Source: Spirochaetes bacterium GWB1_60_80 (GTDB taxonomy: Bacteria; Spirochaetota; Spirochaetia; Treponematales; UBA12059). From it: 64,000 bases of DNA. This document shows, piece by piece, positions 39,330 to 47,504 of the stretch (position 1 is its first letter; every line of letters starts with the position of its first letter). Both the position numbers and the translations under genes were made by a program. The stretch is taken from contig MIAR01000045.1 in the NCBI GenBank assembly GCA_001829185.1, forward strand, positions 33,440 to 97,439, in the 5' to 3' direction. The notes beneath the pieces are model-generated. The model did no database searches and was not told the origin of the DNA. It saw only the letters and a program-made list of their open reading frames with translations.

Positions 39330-40661
39330 ATGAAGAAACTCTCGTTACTGATCTTGGCCGCCATTTTGGCACTGGCCGCTTGTTCCAATCCAATCACCAA
39401 TTTGCCAGAATCGGATCTTGATCCGGTCAAGCCGAGCTACGATGCCAGCCTGGACGCGGGCAGCGTAGCTGACCGCGCTATAAGCCTGAGCGGGCCCGAC
39501 GCCTACGAGCAGGACGATAGCCGCACAGCCTCCAAGGCCATCACCCCCGACGGAACGCGGCAGCAGCGCAATTTCTATGACGACGCCAATGACTGGTTGT
39601 CCTTCACGGCGGTGGCCGGCAAAACCTACGTTATAGAAACTTGGCTGGTCGGCGGAGCCGATACGGTCGTCTACCTGTACGACGGCAGCGTCAGCTTGGC
39701 TAGCAACGACGACAAGAGCGCCGACGACTATGGTTCGCGCTTGAGCTTTACGGCTCCGGCCAGCAAGACCTATTACATCAAGGTCTATTCCTACAACGGC
39801 CTCAAAGGCGCCAACCGCGGCTATGATATTTCGGTAACCGGACCGTCCATTACGCCGCCCAATGCCACCATCACCGTCGCGTCGTTCAATACCTGCATTT
39901 TCGGCAACACCAAGCTGGCGCGCACCAACACGGTAGCCGCCATGGCCGGCACGGTCGCCCGCTTCGACCTGGTCGCCATGCAGGAAGTCGGCTCCAACGC
40001 CAGCGCGGCCAGCGACGCCACCTGCAAAGCAATCATGGACGCTTTCATCATCAAGGTGAATGCCGCCGCCGGCGCCGACCTGTACAGCTATGTGCGCGGC
40101 AACCAGTACGCCATCGTCTATCGCCACGACAAGCTGCGCCTGGATGACTATCGCCTCTATTCAGGCACCCAAACCTTCTCCTACACGCCGCTCGTGGCCG
40201 ATTTCGCGGTCATCAACGGCAGCTTCGATTTCTCGGTAGTCACGATCCATACCAGCCCGAGCAAGGCCACCGCCGAGATCGCCTCCCTCAAGACGGCCAT
40301 GCAGGAAGCAGCCGCGCTCTACAACGAGTCGGACGTGATCTGCCTGGGTGACTACAATGCCGACGGCAGCTATTACGCCGAAGGTACCGGCCCGGGCCTG
40401 TCCGGCTTTGACAGCTACCTGACCGGTATTCCCAATACGGCCGACACCACGGTGGCCACCAACAATTATACCTACGACCGCGTCCAGATGACCCCGTCGA
40501 TGGCCAGCGACTTTGCCAATCAGTACGGCGTCTTCCATTACGCCGACTATTATGACGTGACCATCTGCGAAGGCGCTGCCACCACGGCCGGCAAGGAAGA
40601 GGCTATCAGCGACCATTATCCGGTGTGGTGCGTCTTTAACACCGCCAAGGATACGGACTAA
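39330..40661 (+). CDS. secreted lipoprotein: PPC-like beta-sandwich plus endonuclease/exonuclease/phosphatase (DNase-I-like) domain
   Basis: The ATG at 39330 follows GGAGGA. It has a lipobox (LALAAC). The N-terminal module reads DDANDWLSFTAVAGKTYVIETW. The EEP motifs are VASFNT, LVAMQEV and SDHYPVW. Confidence 0.8.
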   Translation: MKKLSLLILAAILALAACSNPITNLPESDLDPVKPSYDASLDAGSVADRAISLSGPDAYEQDDSRTASKAITPDGTRQQRNFYDDANDWLSFTAVAGKTYVIETWLVGGADTVVYLYDGSVSLASNDDKSADDYGSRLSFTAPASKTYYIKVYSYNGLKGANRGYDISVTGPSITPPNATITVASFNTCIFGNTKLARTNTVAAMAGTVARFDLVAMQEVGSNASAASDATCKAIMDAFIIKVNAAAGADLYSYVRGNQYAIVYRHDKLRLDDYRLYSGTQTFSYTPLVADFAVINGSFDFSVVTIHTSPSKATAEIASLKTAMQEAAALYNESDVICLGDYNADGSYYAEGTGPGLSGFDSYLTGIPNTADTTVATNNYTYDRVQMTPSMASDFANQYGVFHYADYYDVTICEGAATTAGKEEAISDHYPVWCVFNTAKDTD

Positions 40662-40739
40662 CAGGTTTTAAGACGCGAGGGGATGCAGCGGCTGCCGGGC
40701 GCTGGTTGGTCCGTCCGGCCGGTGCTTCCCGTCGAGCGG

Positions 40740-41597
40740 CTACTCGGGTCGTTCGGCGGCGGAATGGTAAGGTATTTGGATCTCGGTCACAAAGCGTTTC
40801 GGATCGCGCAGGAAGATCAGGCCGGGGCCTTTCAGATAGACTTCGCGCGATGGCACGAGCGGCAGCAGATCCCGGGCATGGAGCAGCTCGAACAGGATGC
40901 GGTACGAGCCGCCCAGGCTGTCGTAGGGGCCGCGGTGCTGGGTGCACAGGGCAGCTCCCGGACCGATCCGGCGGCAGCTGCCCTGGGGGAAACTGATTTC
41001 CTTGCGTATCGGAATGGCGGCCTCGATATCGGCATCCTCCTCCCGGTATTCGCTGTTGTGGTACAAGGCCAGGGGCGCGCCGCAGGCGTAGCGGCCGGCG
41101 GCCTTGAACAAGGCCGCAAAGTGCCCGCCAATCTGGTCATAGCTGCCTTTAAACCGGATGCTGGCAATCAGCAATTCCGGGAGTTGTTTTTCGTACACTC
41201 CATTGTCTCCCCGTTTGGCCCCGCCGTCATTTCGGCCGGAGGCAGCCGCGCTATCGACCGGACTGCTCAAGGTGGCCAAATAGAGAGCCAGGCGGCTGTG
41301 TCGTTCTATCAGCTGGGCCAATTCCTGTTTGACTATTCCCATCCTCTGGGCGAGGAACTTGGGCAGATCATGGTCTTCCTGGCATTCGGCAAGGATATCC
41401 TTGAGTTCCTTATGGGAGAATCCCAGCTCACGCAGCAGGATGATGCTCTGGGCTCTTTGCCAGGAACCATCTCCGTAATAGCGATAGCCACTGGACGGGT
41501 CGATGCGTTCCGGAACCAGGATGCCTTCGTCGTGGTACAGGCGCAAGGTTTTCACCGTCAGCCTGGTGGTGGCCGAGAATTCTCCCATGGTCAACAT
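40740..41597 (-). CDS. MerR-family regulator with GyrI-like effector-binding domain
   Basis: The ATG at 41597 follows GGAGG. The N-terminus reads MLTMGEFSATTRLTVKTLRLYHDEGILVPERIDPSSGYRYY, and the C-terminal half is GyrI-like. Confidence 0.85.
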   Translation of the reverse strand: MLTMGEFSATTRLTVKTLRLYHDEGILVPERIDPSSGYRYYGDGSWQRAQSIILLRELGFSHKELKDILAECQEDHDLPKFLAQRMGIVKQELAQLIERHSRLALYLATLSSPVDSAAASGRNDGGAKRGDNGVYEKQLPELLIASIRFKGSYDQIGGHFAALFKAAGRYACGAPLALYHNSEYREEDADIEAAIPIRKEISFPQGSCRRIGPGAALCTQHRGPYDSLGGSYRILFELLHARDLLPLVPSREVYLKGPGLIFLRDPKRFVTEIQIPYHSAAERPE

Positions 41598-41599
41598 TG

Positions 41600-42745
41600 T
41601 TAGGCCTCCGCTCGGCACGTCTCCAATTCATTATAGAACGCTTTTTCTGTTTCGTGCAGTTGGTCGGCCAGCTTTTTCAAGTTTTGGTATTCAAGCTGCC
41701 GTTCCTCCCGGTTCAGGCCTTTGATTCGTCCGGCCAGCGCGCGCATGGCGCCTGAGAGCTGGTGCCAGAGATCGATCGCTTGATCCAGACGTACCAGCGC
41801 CGTGTCTAGCCTATGTGCCCGCTCCGGGACGTTCTGTCTCAGTTCGGTGCTGGCCCGGGCCAGGAATTCCCGGTACAGCATGCGGAAGGCCGCACCGCCG
41901 GTGCCAAAATCCTCGATATTGCCGGCCATGTATTCCAGTACCGCCGGTAACAGGAAACTTTGTTTGGAGTATTGTTCCAGCTCGGCCAGATCCTGTCCAT
42001 AGCGGCTTAAACCTGCCAGGCCTGATTCGCGGTATGAGGCGCAGACCGTATCCAGCGAAGCATCCAGCAAACGGCCCCAATCGGGCTGATAGTTGGCCGC
42101 TCGTTGGGAGATCCAGAAGAACTCGGCTCGTGGCGGAAAAACCTTGGTCGTGGAAGTGCGGGCTTTATGCAGGTCGCGCAGGGCGATGGTCTGCAAACCG
42201 GGGAGAGCCGTATCGGATACCAGAGCGGTGTCGGTGCGGCGATCCAGCGCAAACAGGGTGATCATATGCCAGCCAAAAGACATATGCGCCGGACCGTACC
42301 TGCCGCCATACAGATACGGCAGGTAGCGCATGTCGACCCGCAGGATTACGGGTAGACCCTGGTCAAGCAGCGAGGCAATCTGGCTCCAACCGATATCGTC
42401 GCTCTGGTCAATCGCCGCGGCCGAACGCTCCCAGGCTATGCCCGTGGCTGCGAAGAAACGTTCGCGCATATCACCGTTGCGGGCCGAAAGGAAGGGAAAG
42501 GCAGAGCGTTCCAATCCGAAGCCAAGCGCTCCTCCGGCCCCGGTAATGGTGTACTCCGGTAGCGGGTAGCCCAGAAAGTTGAGTGCGTTGCCGATGGCGC
42601 TGCTTTCACAATGGCCGCCGGGAATAACCCGGACTCCGGGCAGCTCGTGTACGGTATCGGCCGGGATGTGCTGCCAGGCACTCTGGCAGGCAGTGAACAA
42701 GAGACAGGCGCAGCCCAGGCTGCCGAAAATAGCTCGTGGTTTCAT
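41600..42745 (-). CDS. lipoprotein with BtrH_N-like (papain-fold) plus DUF4872-like domains
   Basis: Has a lipobox (LLFTAC). CESSAIGNALNFLGYP is a candidate Cys nucleophile context. GGAGGA lies upstream, and the gene stops 3 nt before the merR-like start. Confidence 0.55.
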   Translation of the reverse strand: MKPRAIFGSLGCACLLFTACQSAWQHIPADTVHELPGVRVIPGGHCESSAIGNALNFLGYPLPEYTITGAGGALGFGLERSAFPFLSARNGDMRERFFAATGIAWERSAAAIDQSDDIGWSQIASLLDQGLPVILRVDMRYLPYLYGGRYGPAHMSFGWHMITLFALDRRTDTALVSDTALPGLQTIALRDLHKARTSTTKVFPPRAEFFWISQRAANYQPDWGRLLDASLDTVCASYRESGLAGLSRYGQDLAELEQYSKQSFLLPAVLEYMAGNIEDFGTGGAAFRMLYREFLARASTELRQNVPERAHRLDTALVRLDQAIDLWHQLSGAMRALAGRIKGLNREERQLEYQNLKKLADQLHETEKAFYNELETCRAEA

Positions 42746-42764
42746 GTGTATCCTCCTGGACTAG

Positions 42765-42795
42765 AGTAGAAACCTTGTCCCTGGGGCGGGGTCAA
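42765..42795 (-). promoter_or_regulatory. candidate MerR-type promoter/operator (19-nt spacer)
   Basis: Read on the minus strand: TTGACC, a 19-nt spacer, then TCTACT. The dyad TTGACCC-7nt-GGGACAA overlaps the -35 element. It lies 20-50 nt upstream of the lipoprotein ATG. Confidence 0.3.
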
Positions 42796-42970
42796 AGGGG
42801 GCAGCGTCGTCCTGCGGTCTTGGGAGGAAAAATAAGATATTGAAGGGAACGGCTGTTTTCTTCCACCAGTATTCATGGCAACATTTTCCAAATGGCTTAT
42901 GGAAAAATTAGTACGTGAATTCAGCGTTGCACTTGAGACCTGAACCTAAGTGCTTCTATTTTTCTTCGCT

Positions 42971-43924
42971 TTAGCCATTTGAGTTCAGTTCTTTCCTTAG
43001 CTCGTCTATAAACCAAAGATACTCCTCATAACTTTCGTATGGAGCTGGCGTTGTCAATCGATAGTCAATTGGCGCGCTCGGAAAATCGTCATTAAGATAT
43101 CGCGGAAAAAGGTGGATATGCAGATGCGCGCCGGTGTTCGAGTGCATTTCGTAGTTGATTTTCTCAGCTCCGGTGACACGTCTTAAGGCTTTTCCGGCCC
43201 TTTGGACCTCACGCATGAAGCAAGTAGCCTCTGCCGCAGGCATATCCTCAAAATGAAACGCGTGCTTTTTCGGCATGACGTAAATCTTGCCAAACAGCCG
43301 TCCTTGACCAGGATATTCTCCAACAATCCAGACTGCATCATTTTCCTCAATCGTGGTCTGATCATCTGGTTGTAGTTCCTGGTTGCAGGCGGGACAAGAC
43401 TGCGGCTGCGAGGCCTCGATGAACTCCGGGTAACGATAGTGGAAGCTACCGCCTCGACCCGCGCTTGACAGGCCGGCTGTCATACGGCATATCGCCGCAC
43501 CATGAGGGCCCACCAGATCGTGCTCCGTCTCAACAAAGCCGAACTTCAGGTACAAGGCTCTGGCGGGTGCACCCGGCTGGTAGCCACTTGGGAAGGTTTC
43601 GACGGTAACGGGTCTGCCATGCTCAAGTTGACGCAGAGCCGTCTTGAGCAACTGCTGACCAACACCCCGGCGGCGATGGCTCTCCGATACAGCCAACCAG
43701 CTAATCCGGTTATGTGTCCGAGAGAAACCAATAAACCCCAGCGCACCTCGGCTCCTGTAGTCTAGCGCGACGAGTGCTTCATATTTTCCAACTTTGCTCA
43801 TTGCATAGCTCGTAAACTCAGCGTCAGAGCCCATGTCTGCCGGGCGCCGAAAAACCGGCGAAACTTCGCTGGCAAGCGCGTACCACTGTGGCAGGTCTTC
43901 TGAAGTTGCCCATCGCACTAACAT
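42971..43924 (-). CDS. GNAT acetyltransferase - HIT (histidine triad) nucleotide hydrolase fusion protein
   Basis: The ATG at 43924 follows AGAGGAGA. It has GNAT motif A (SHRRRGVGQQLLKTAL) and, in the C-terminal half, CPAC plus the HIT motif GAHLHIHLFPRY. It is the first lower-GC gene of the island. Confidence 0.75.
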   Translation of the reverse strand: MLVRWATSEDLPQWYALASEVSPVFRRPADMGSDAEFTSYAMSKVGKYEALVALDYRSRGALGFIGFSRTHNRISWLAVSESHRRRGVGQQLLKTALRQLEHGRPVTVETFPSGYQPGAPARALYLKFGFVETEHDLVGPHGAAICRMTAGLSSAGRGGSFHYRYPEFIEASQPQSCPACNQELQPDDQTTIEENDAVWIVGEYPGQGRLFGKIYVMPKKHAFHFEDMPAAEATCFMREVQRAGKALRRVTGAEKINYEMHSNTGAHLHIHLFPRYLNDDFPSAPIDYRLTTPAPYESYEEYLWFIDELRKELNSNG

Positions 43925-43951
43925 TATTCTGTCTCCTCTGGAGTACATAGC

Positions 43952-44016
43952 TGGATATTCCGGTCATGTTTGCCAGCGATTCCGGCCATAAGTGGCAGGT
44001 TTAACCGGAATATCCA
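43952..44016. repeat. 13-bp perfect inverted repeat between mcrC and the GNAT-HIT gene
   Basis: TGGATATTCCGGT (43952-43964) pairs with ACCGGAATATCCA (44004-44016). There is an extra ATTCCGG copy at about 43979. Confidence 0.5.
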
Positions 44017-44082
44017 CTGCACCGAGCGCAATTCAAACATAACATTTGTCCCCCAGGAAGTGGCCCTGAAGGACCGGCGCCA

Positions 44083-45315
44083 TCAAACTTGCTTGGTAAC
44101 TGCCGCGAGCAATCGTTCTCCGGCATCTGAGGCCAGTTTGTCTCCATCGAACAGGCTCACGAAAATCAATCCGCACTGTAAAGGCCGGTCTGGATCGCGG
44201 TAGTGCCCCTGCCGGTCGCCCAGGCCATTGACGTCCGGGTAAACCAAGTAGGCCTGCTCGGCCGCGAAGAAGCGGTTATAGGCGTACATTTGCCTGAGGT
44301 CGTCCATGCCTGGCCGCCGGGTGCTGAGGACTTTCCATTTGGTGTCAAGGATGATGCACCGGCCGTCGGCCTCGAGGACGATATCGGGACGGATGGGGAG
44401 GTCTTCCCAGAAAGGCAGCGAGCTTTGCAAGCGGGCTTTCCAGCCGCGCTGACGGGCCGCCCGGAGCATCAAGGCGCCGATGTAGGTTTCAAAGAGATCG
44501 TTCATGGCGAAGAGCAGCGTGAGCGCCTGAGTTTCGCCAGGTCGTTGGATGGGGCTCTGGCCCAGCAAGATGAGGCGGGCGAAATCCATGGCCGATTTGT
44601 AGGCGGTGGTACGACGGTCCCAGGATAAGGCGGCGAAGGTTTCGGCCGTGACGCGCACGGGTGACAAGTCGGGGAAGGCCGCCGCCAGAGCGCGGGCTTC
44701 TTCAAGGGTGGCCGGTTTTAAGGGGGCGAAGCGCAGGGCAGCCACGGCTTGGGCCAGCAGGCGGTTGTGGATGATGTCCTGGTCGAAGACGTCGTACTCG
44801 CAGAGTTGGCGCTCGCGGTGGACGATGGCGTCGATACCAAGGTCACCGACGATGAATTTGCCTTTCACGCCCGGCACCCGGTCCTGGACGCGGCGGTAGC
44901 CCTTGGCCAGGCCGCCGCGCACGAGTGTCCGCACCTGGGCCAGGAAATGACGGGCGAAGAAGTCGAGCAAGCTCTCGTCGCTGGATTCAAGCTGGTCGCT
45001 GCCGGCCACTGCGAGCGGCAGGTCGTAGGCTACCGCCAGCATGCCGCGGAGGGCGCGTGACCACTTGCCGACCAGTGCGGCGTCCTCGCGGCGCTGCGGC
45101 GCTTCGGCCTTGGGCAGGATTTCCAGAACTAAATCACCGGATGCGAAGACGCCGACGTGCTCCTTGAGCTTTAAGCAATGCCAGCCGATTTCAAACGCGC
45201 CTAGCCGGTGCTCGTCCTCGTAGCGGGCCAGCAGGGCCAGATCGCGCTCTTCCAGGCCCTGCTGGCCGACTATGAGCTGGCTGCGCTCGAAGACCCTAAT
45301 CCTCCGTGTTTGCAT
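44083..45315 (-). CDS. mcrC: McrC-family restriction endonuclease subunit
   Basis: Has a C-terminal PD-(D/E)xK motif (RPDIVLE...IILDTKWK). It overlaps the mcrB stop by 20 nt. 410 aa. Confidence 0.8.
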   Translation of the reverse strand: MQTRRIRVFERSQLIVGQQGLEERDLALLARYEDEHRLGAFEIGWHCLKLKEHVGVFASGDLVLEILPKAEAPQRREDAALVGKWSRALRGMLAVAYDLPLAVAGSDQLESSDESLLDFFARHFLAQVRTLVRGGLAKGYRRVQDRVPGVKGKFIVGDLGIDAIVHRERQLCEYDVFDQDIIHNRLLAQAVAALRFAPLKPATLEEARALAAAFPDLSPVRVTAETFAALSWDRRTTAYKSAMDFARLILLGQSPIQRPGETQALTLLFAMNDLFETYIGALMLRAARQRGWKARLQSSLPFWEDLPIRPDIVLEADGRCIILDTKWKVLSTRRPGMDDLRQMYAYNRFFAAEQAYLVYPDVNGLGDRQGHYRDPDRPLQCGLIFVSLFDGDKLASDAGERLLAAVTKQV

Positions 45316-47458
45316 AGATGTTTATAAAGTGTTGCATGGTCCAGCTGGCCGGGTTGGTGAACTGGTAGGAACGCTTGTGCGCCTGGCGATCGGCCAGTTC
45401 CTGGTCAAAGTCGGCAAAAGGATAGGACTTTTCGGTCAGCTCCACAAAACCTTTGCCCAGGACCAGGCCAACCTTGCCGGGATCGGCGTAGAAGTATTCT
45501 TTCAACAAGGGCAGGATACGGTCGCGGAAGACGGTGCGCAAGGCCTCGAGCGGGTCGTCGGCACCGGCCAAGCCCATGAAGTAGGCATGGCCAATCTGGT
45601 GATCGCGGTCCAGCAGGCGTTCCAGGCGGCGGTTTATGGCCGCAAGCAGGGATGGCAGTTCCAAATCGGGCAGGGCAAATTCGTTGTCGGCGAGCAGGTC
45701 CGGTTGGGACATGATTTCTACGAAGGAGAAGCGTCGCCTGAGGGCAGTGTCGAGGGCTTCCACGGAACGGTCGGCGGTATTCATGGTGCCGACGATGTAC
45801 AAATTGGCTGGTACGGTGAATTTGGCCTTGGAATAAGGCAGCTGGCAGTCGGCCGCCTCAGCCGCGCCGGCGCGCTTGTCGTCCTCGATCAGCGTAATCA
45901 GTTCGCCGAAGACGCGCGCCACGTTGCCGCGGTTGATCTCGTCGATGATAAGCACATGGGCCTGCCCGGGCTGGGCGCGCGCGGTGTCGCAGAGCCGGCG
46001 GAAGGTGCCGGGCTGCACGTCGTAGCTGATAGCGCCCTTGACGGTGGTGGGGCGGATGCCTTCCACGAAGTCTTCGTACGAATAGGATTGATGAAAGGTA
46101 ATAAATTCAATATAACCGGCTTGAACAGCCGCGGCGTAGCGCCGGCGCTGCTCCTCGCGGCTGAGCCCGCTGACAGCGTCGAGGCGCCGCCCTTCGATCA
46201 GGGCGACGGCGAATTCGACCGTGCTCCAGGTCTTGCCCGTGCCCGGCGGGCCATACAGTATGTAGTTGCGCGGCCGGTTGGCCGTCTTGATGGGGACAGG
46301 CGCGGGTGTCTTGCCCTCCAGGATGAGTTCCCTGAGGCTCTGGACATACTCCGGGTACTGGGAGATGTTGGTGAGGGTTTTCAGAACAATGGGGCCGGTC
46401 GGCTCCTCCCAATGGCCGCGCTTTAACCAGCGGACCGAGCGGAGGTTCGGTTGGTCACTACGCTCGGCCTCGTAGCGATAGCCGGATTCGACGATACCCA
46501 ACCCGATGTATTCGGCCGAACCGCGTTTGGCAATGACCACGTCGCCAGGTTTGATAACCTGGGCAAACTCCCAGCAGGCCCGAGAATTGTTCCTATAGTT
46601 ATGGTCAGGCTTGTCAAAAATCTGTTTGAGTTGGTCGGCGATGGTCTCCTGGTCGGAATACTGGGTCAAGTCGCCCAGTTCATGCCAGCCCAAGCCCATG
46701 ATGCCTTCGTCGAAATATTCCTCCCAGTACTTGGCGCCCTCGCCCGGCGCGTAGAGCCACCAGGTGGCGGAAGGGTTAATGCTTACCTCCGCCGCCTGAG
46801 CAAGACGCTCCAAACTAACATAGAGCAGGTTCTGCACAATCAGGTTCAGGTCATCGCCTTGATAGCAGGAGGGCGTGAGGGTCTTGCGGTGCAGCTCCAG
46901 GAGCTCAGTCTCTTTGGTTACATAATCCTGCTTGATCCGCTCCACAATGGCCAGAAAGTGGGGATACTTTTCCCAGCTCGGGGCCATCGGCTCGCCCAGG
47001 GCTTCGCAGCTTAGCCGGTAGTAGGAGAACTTATAGAGGCAGTAGCGGGCGGGGTAGCGCATGGCCAGATAGAAGGCGATGGTACGTTCATCCTGGAGCG
47101 AGCGGAATTTCTTGCCGGTAGCAGCCTCTAACTGTGGGCGGAGGGCCTCAGCGCCATTGGTAAAAGCCTGCAGGCGGTCGCGGAGCGCCTTGTCTTCATT
47201 ATAAAGGTCCATAAAAAGCTGTTTGACTTCGGCCGGAAAATAGCGGGCGGCAATATTGATGTAGGCCCAGGCATTGGGATAGAGCAGGTTCTTGGCTTTG
47301 GAGAGCGCCAGTTTGAGCATGGCGGCGAAGTCATCGCTGCTATCATCCCAGGCGTCCTGGAAGTGCTTGGTGGTTTCCCACTTGTAGAGCTCGTCCTCGT
47401 TGCCGGTTTTTTTGAGCCAGTCTTTGTACTTGGCGATCAGGGCAGATATTTCGATCAT
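45296..47458 (-). CDS. mcrB: McrB-family AAA+ GTPase with ~380-aa N-terminal sensor region
   Basis: The ATG at 47458 follows GGAGG. Contains LYGPPGTGKTW, LIIDEINRGNVARVFGELITLIE and MNTADRSVEALDTALRRRF. Confidence 0.85.
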   Translation of the reverse strand: MIEISALIAKYKDWLKKTGNEDELYKWETTKHFQDAWDDSSDDFAAMLKLALSKAKNLLYPNAWAYINIAARYFPAEVKQLFMDLYNEDKALRDRLQAFTNGAEALRPQLEAATGKKFRSLQDERTIAFYLAMRYPARYCLYKFSYYRLSCEALGEPMAPSWEKYPHFLAIVERIKQDYVTKETELLELHRKTLTPSCYQGDDLNLIVQNLLYVSLERLAQAAEVSINPSATWWLYAPGEGAKYWEEYFDEGIMGLGWHELGDLTQYSDQETIADQLKQIFDKPDHNYRNNSRACWEFAQVIKPGDVVIAKRGSAEYIGLGIVESGYRYEAERSDQPNLRSVRWLKRGHWEEPTGPIVLKTLTNISQYPEYVQSLRELILEGKTPAPVPIKTANRPRNYILYGPPGTGKTWSTVEFAVALIEGRRLDAVSGLSREEQRRRYAAAVQAGYIEFITFHQSYSYEDFVEGIRPTTVKGAISYDVQPGTFRRLCDTARAQPGQAHVLIIDEINRGNVARVFGELITLIEDDKRAGAAEAADCQLPYSKAKFTVPANLYIVGTMNTADRSVEALDTALRRRFSFVEIMSQPDLLADNEFALPDLELPSLLAAINRRLERLLDRDHQIGHAYFMGLAGADDPLEALRTVFRDRILPLLKEYFYADPGKVGLVLGKGFVELTEKSYPFADFDQELADRQAHKRSYQFTNPASWTMQHFINIYANTED

Positions 47459-47504
47459 GGTGCCTCCGTTAGATTTCTTGCTGTCCGTCTGTTGGCTGCG
47501 TTGG

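Noticed and set aside
40683-41603. 306-aa plus-strand ORF opposite the MerR-family gene
   Set aside because: It is antisense to a gene with clear MerR/GyrI-like motifs and a strong RBS. The translation has no motifs.
45272-46426. 384-aa plus-strand ORF opposite mcrB/mcrC
   Set aside because: It is antisense to the McrB AAA+ core, whose motifs are unmistakable. It has no RBS, and its G/V/A-rich composition marks it as a shadow ORF.
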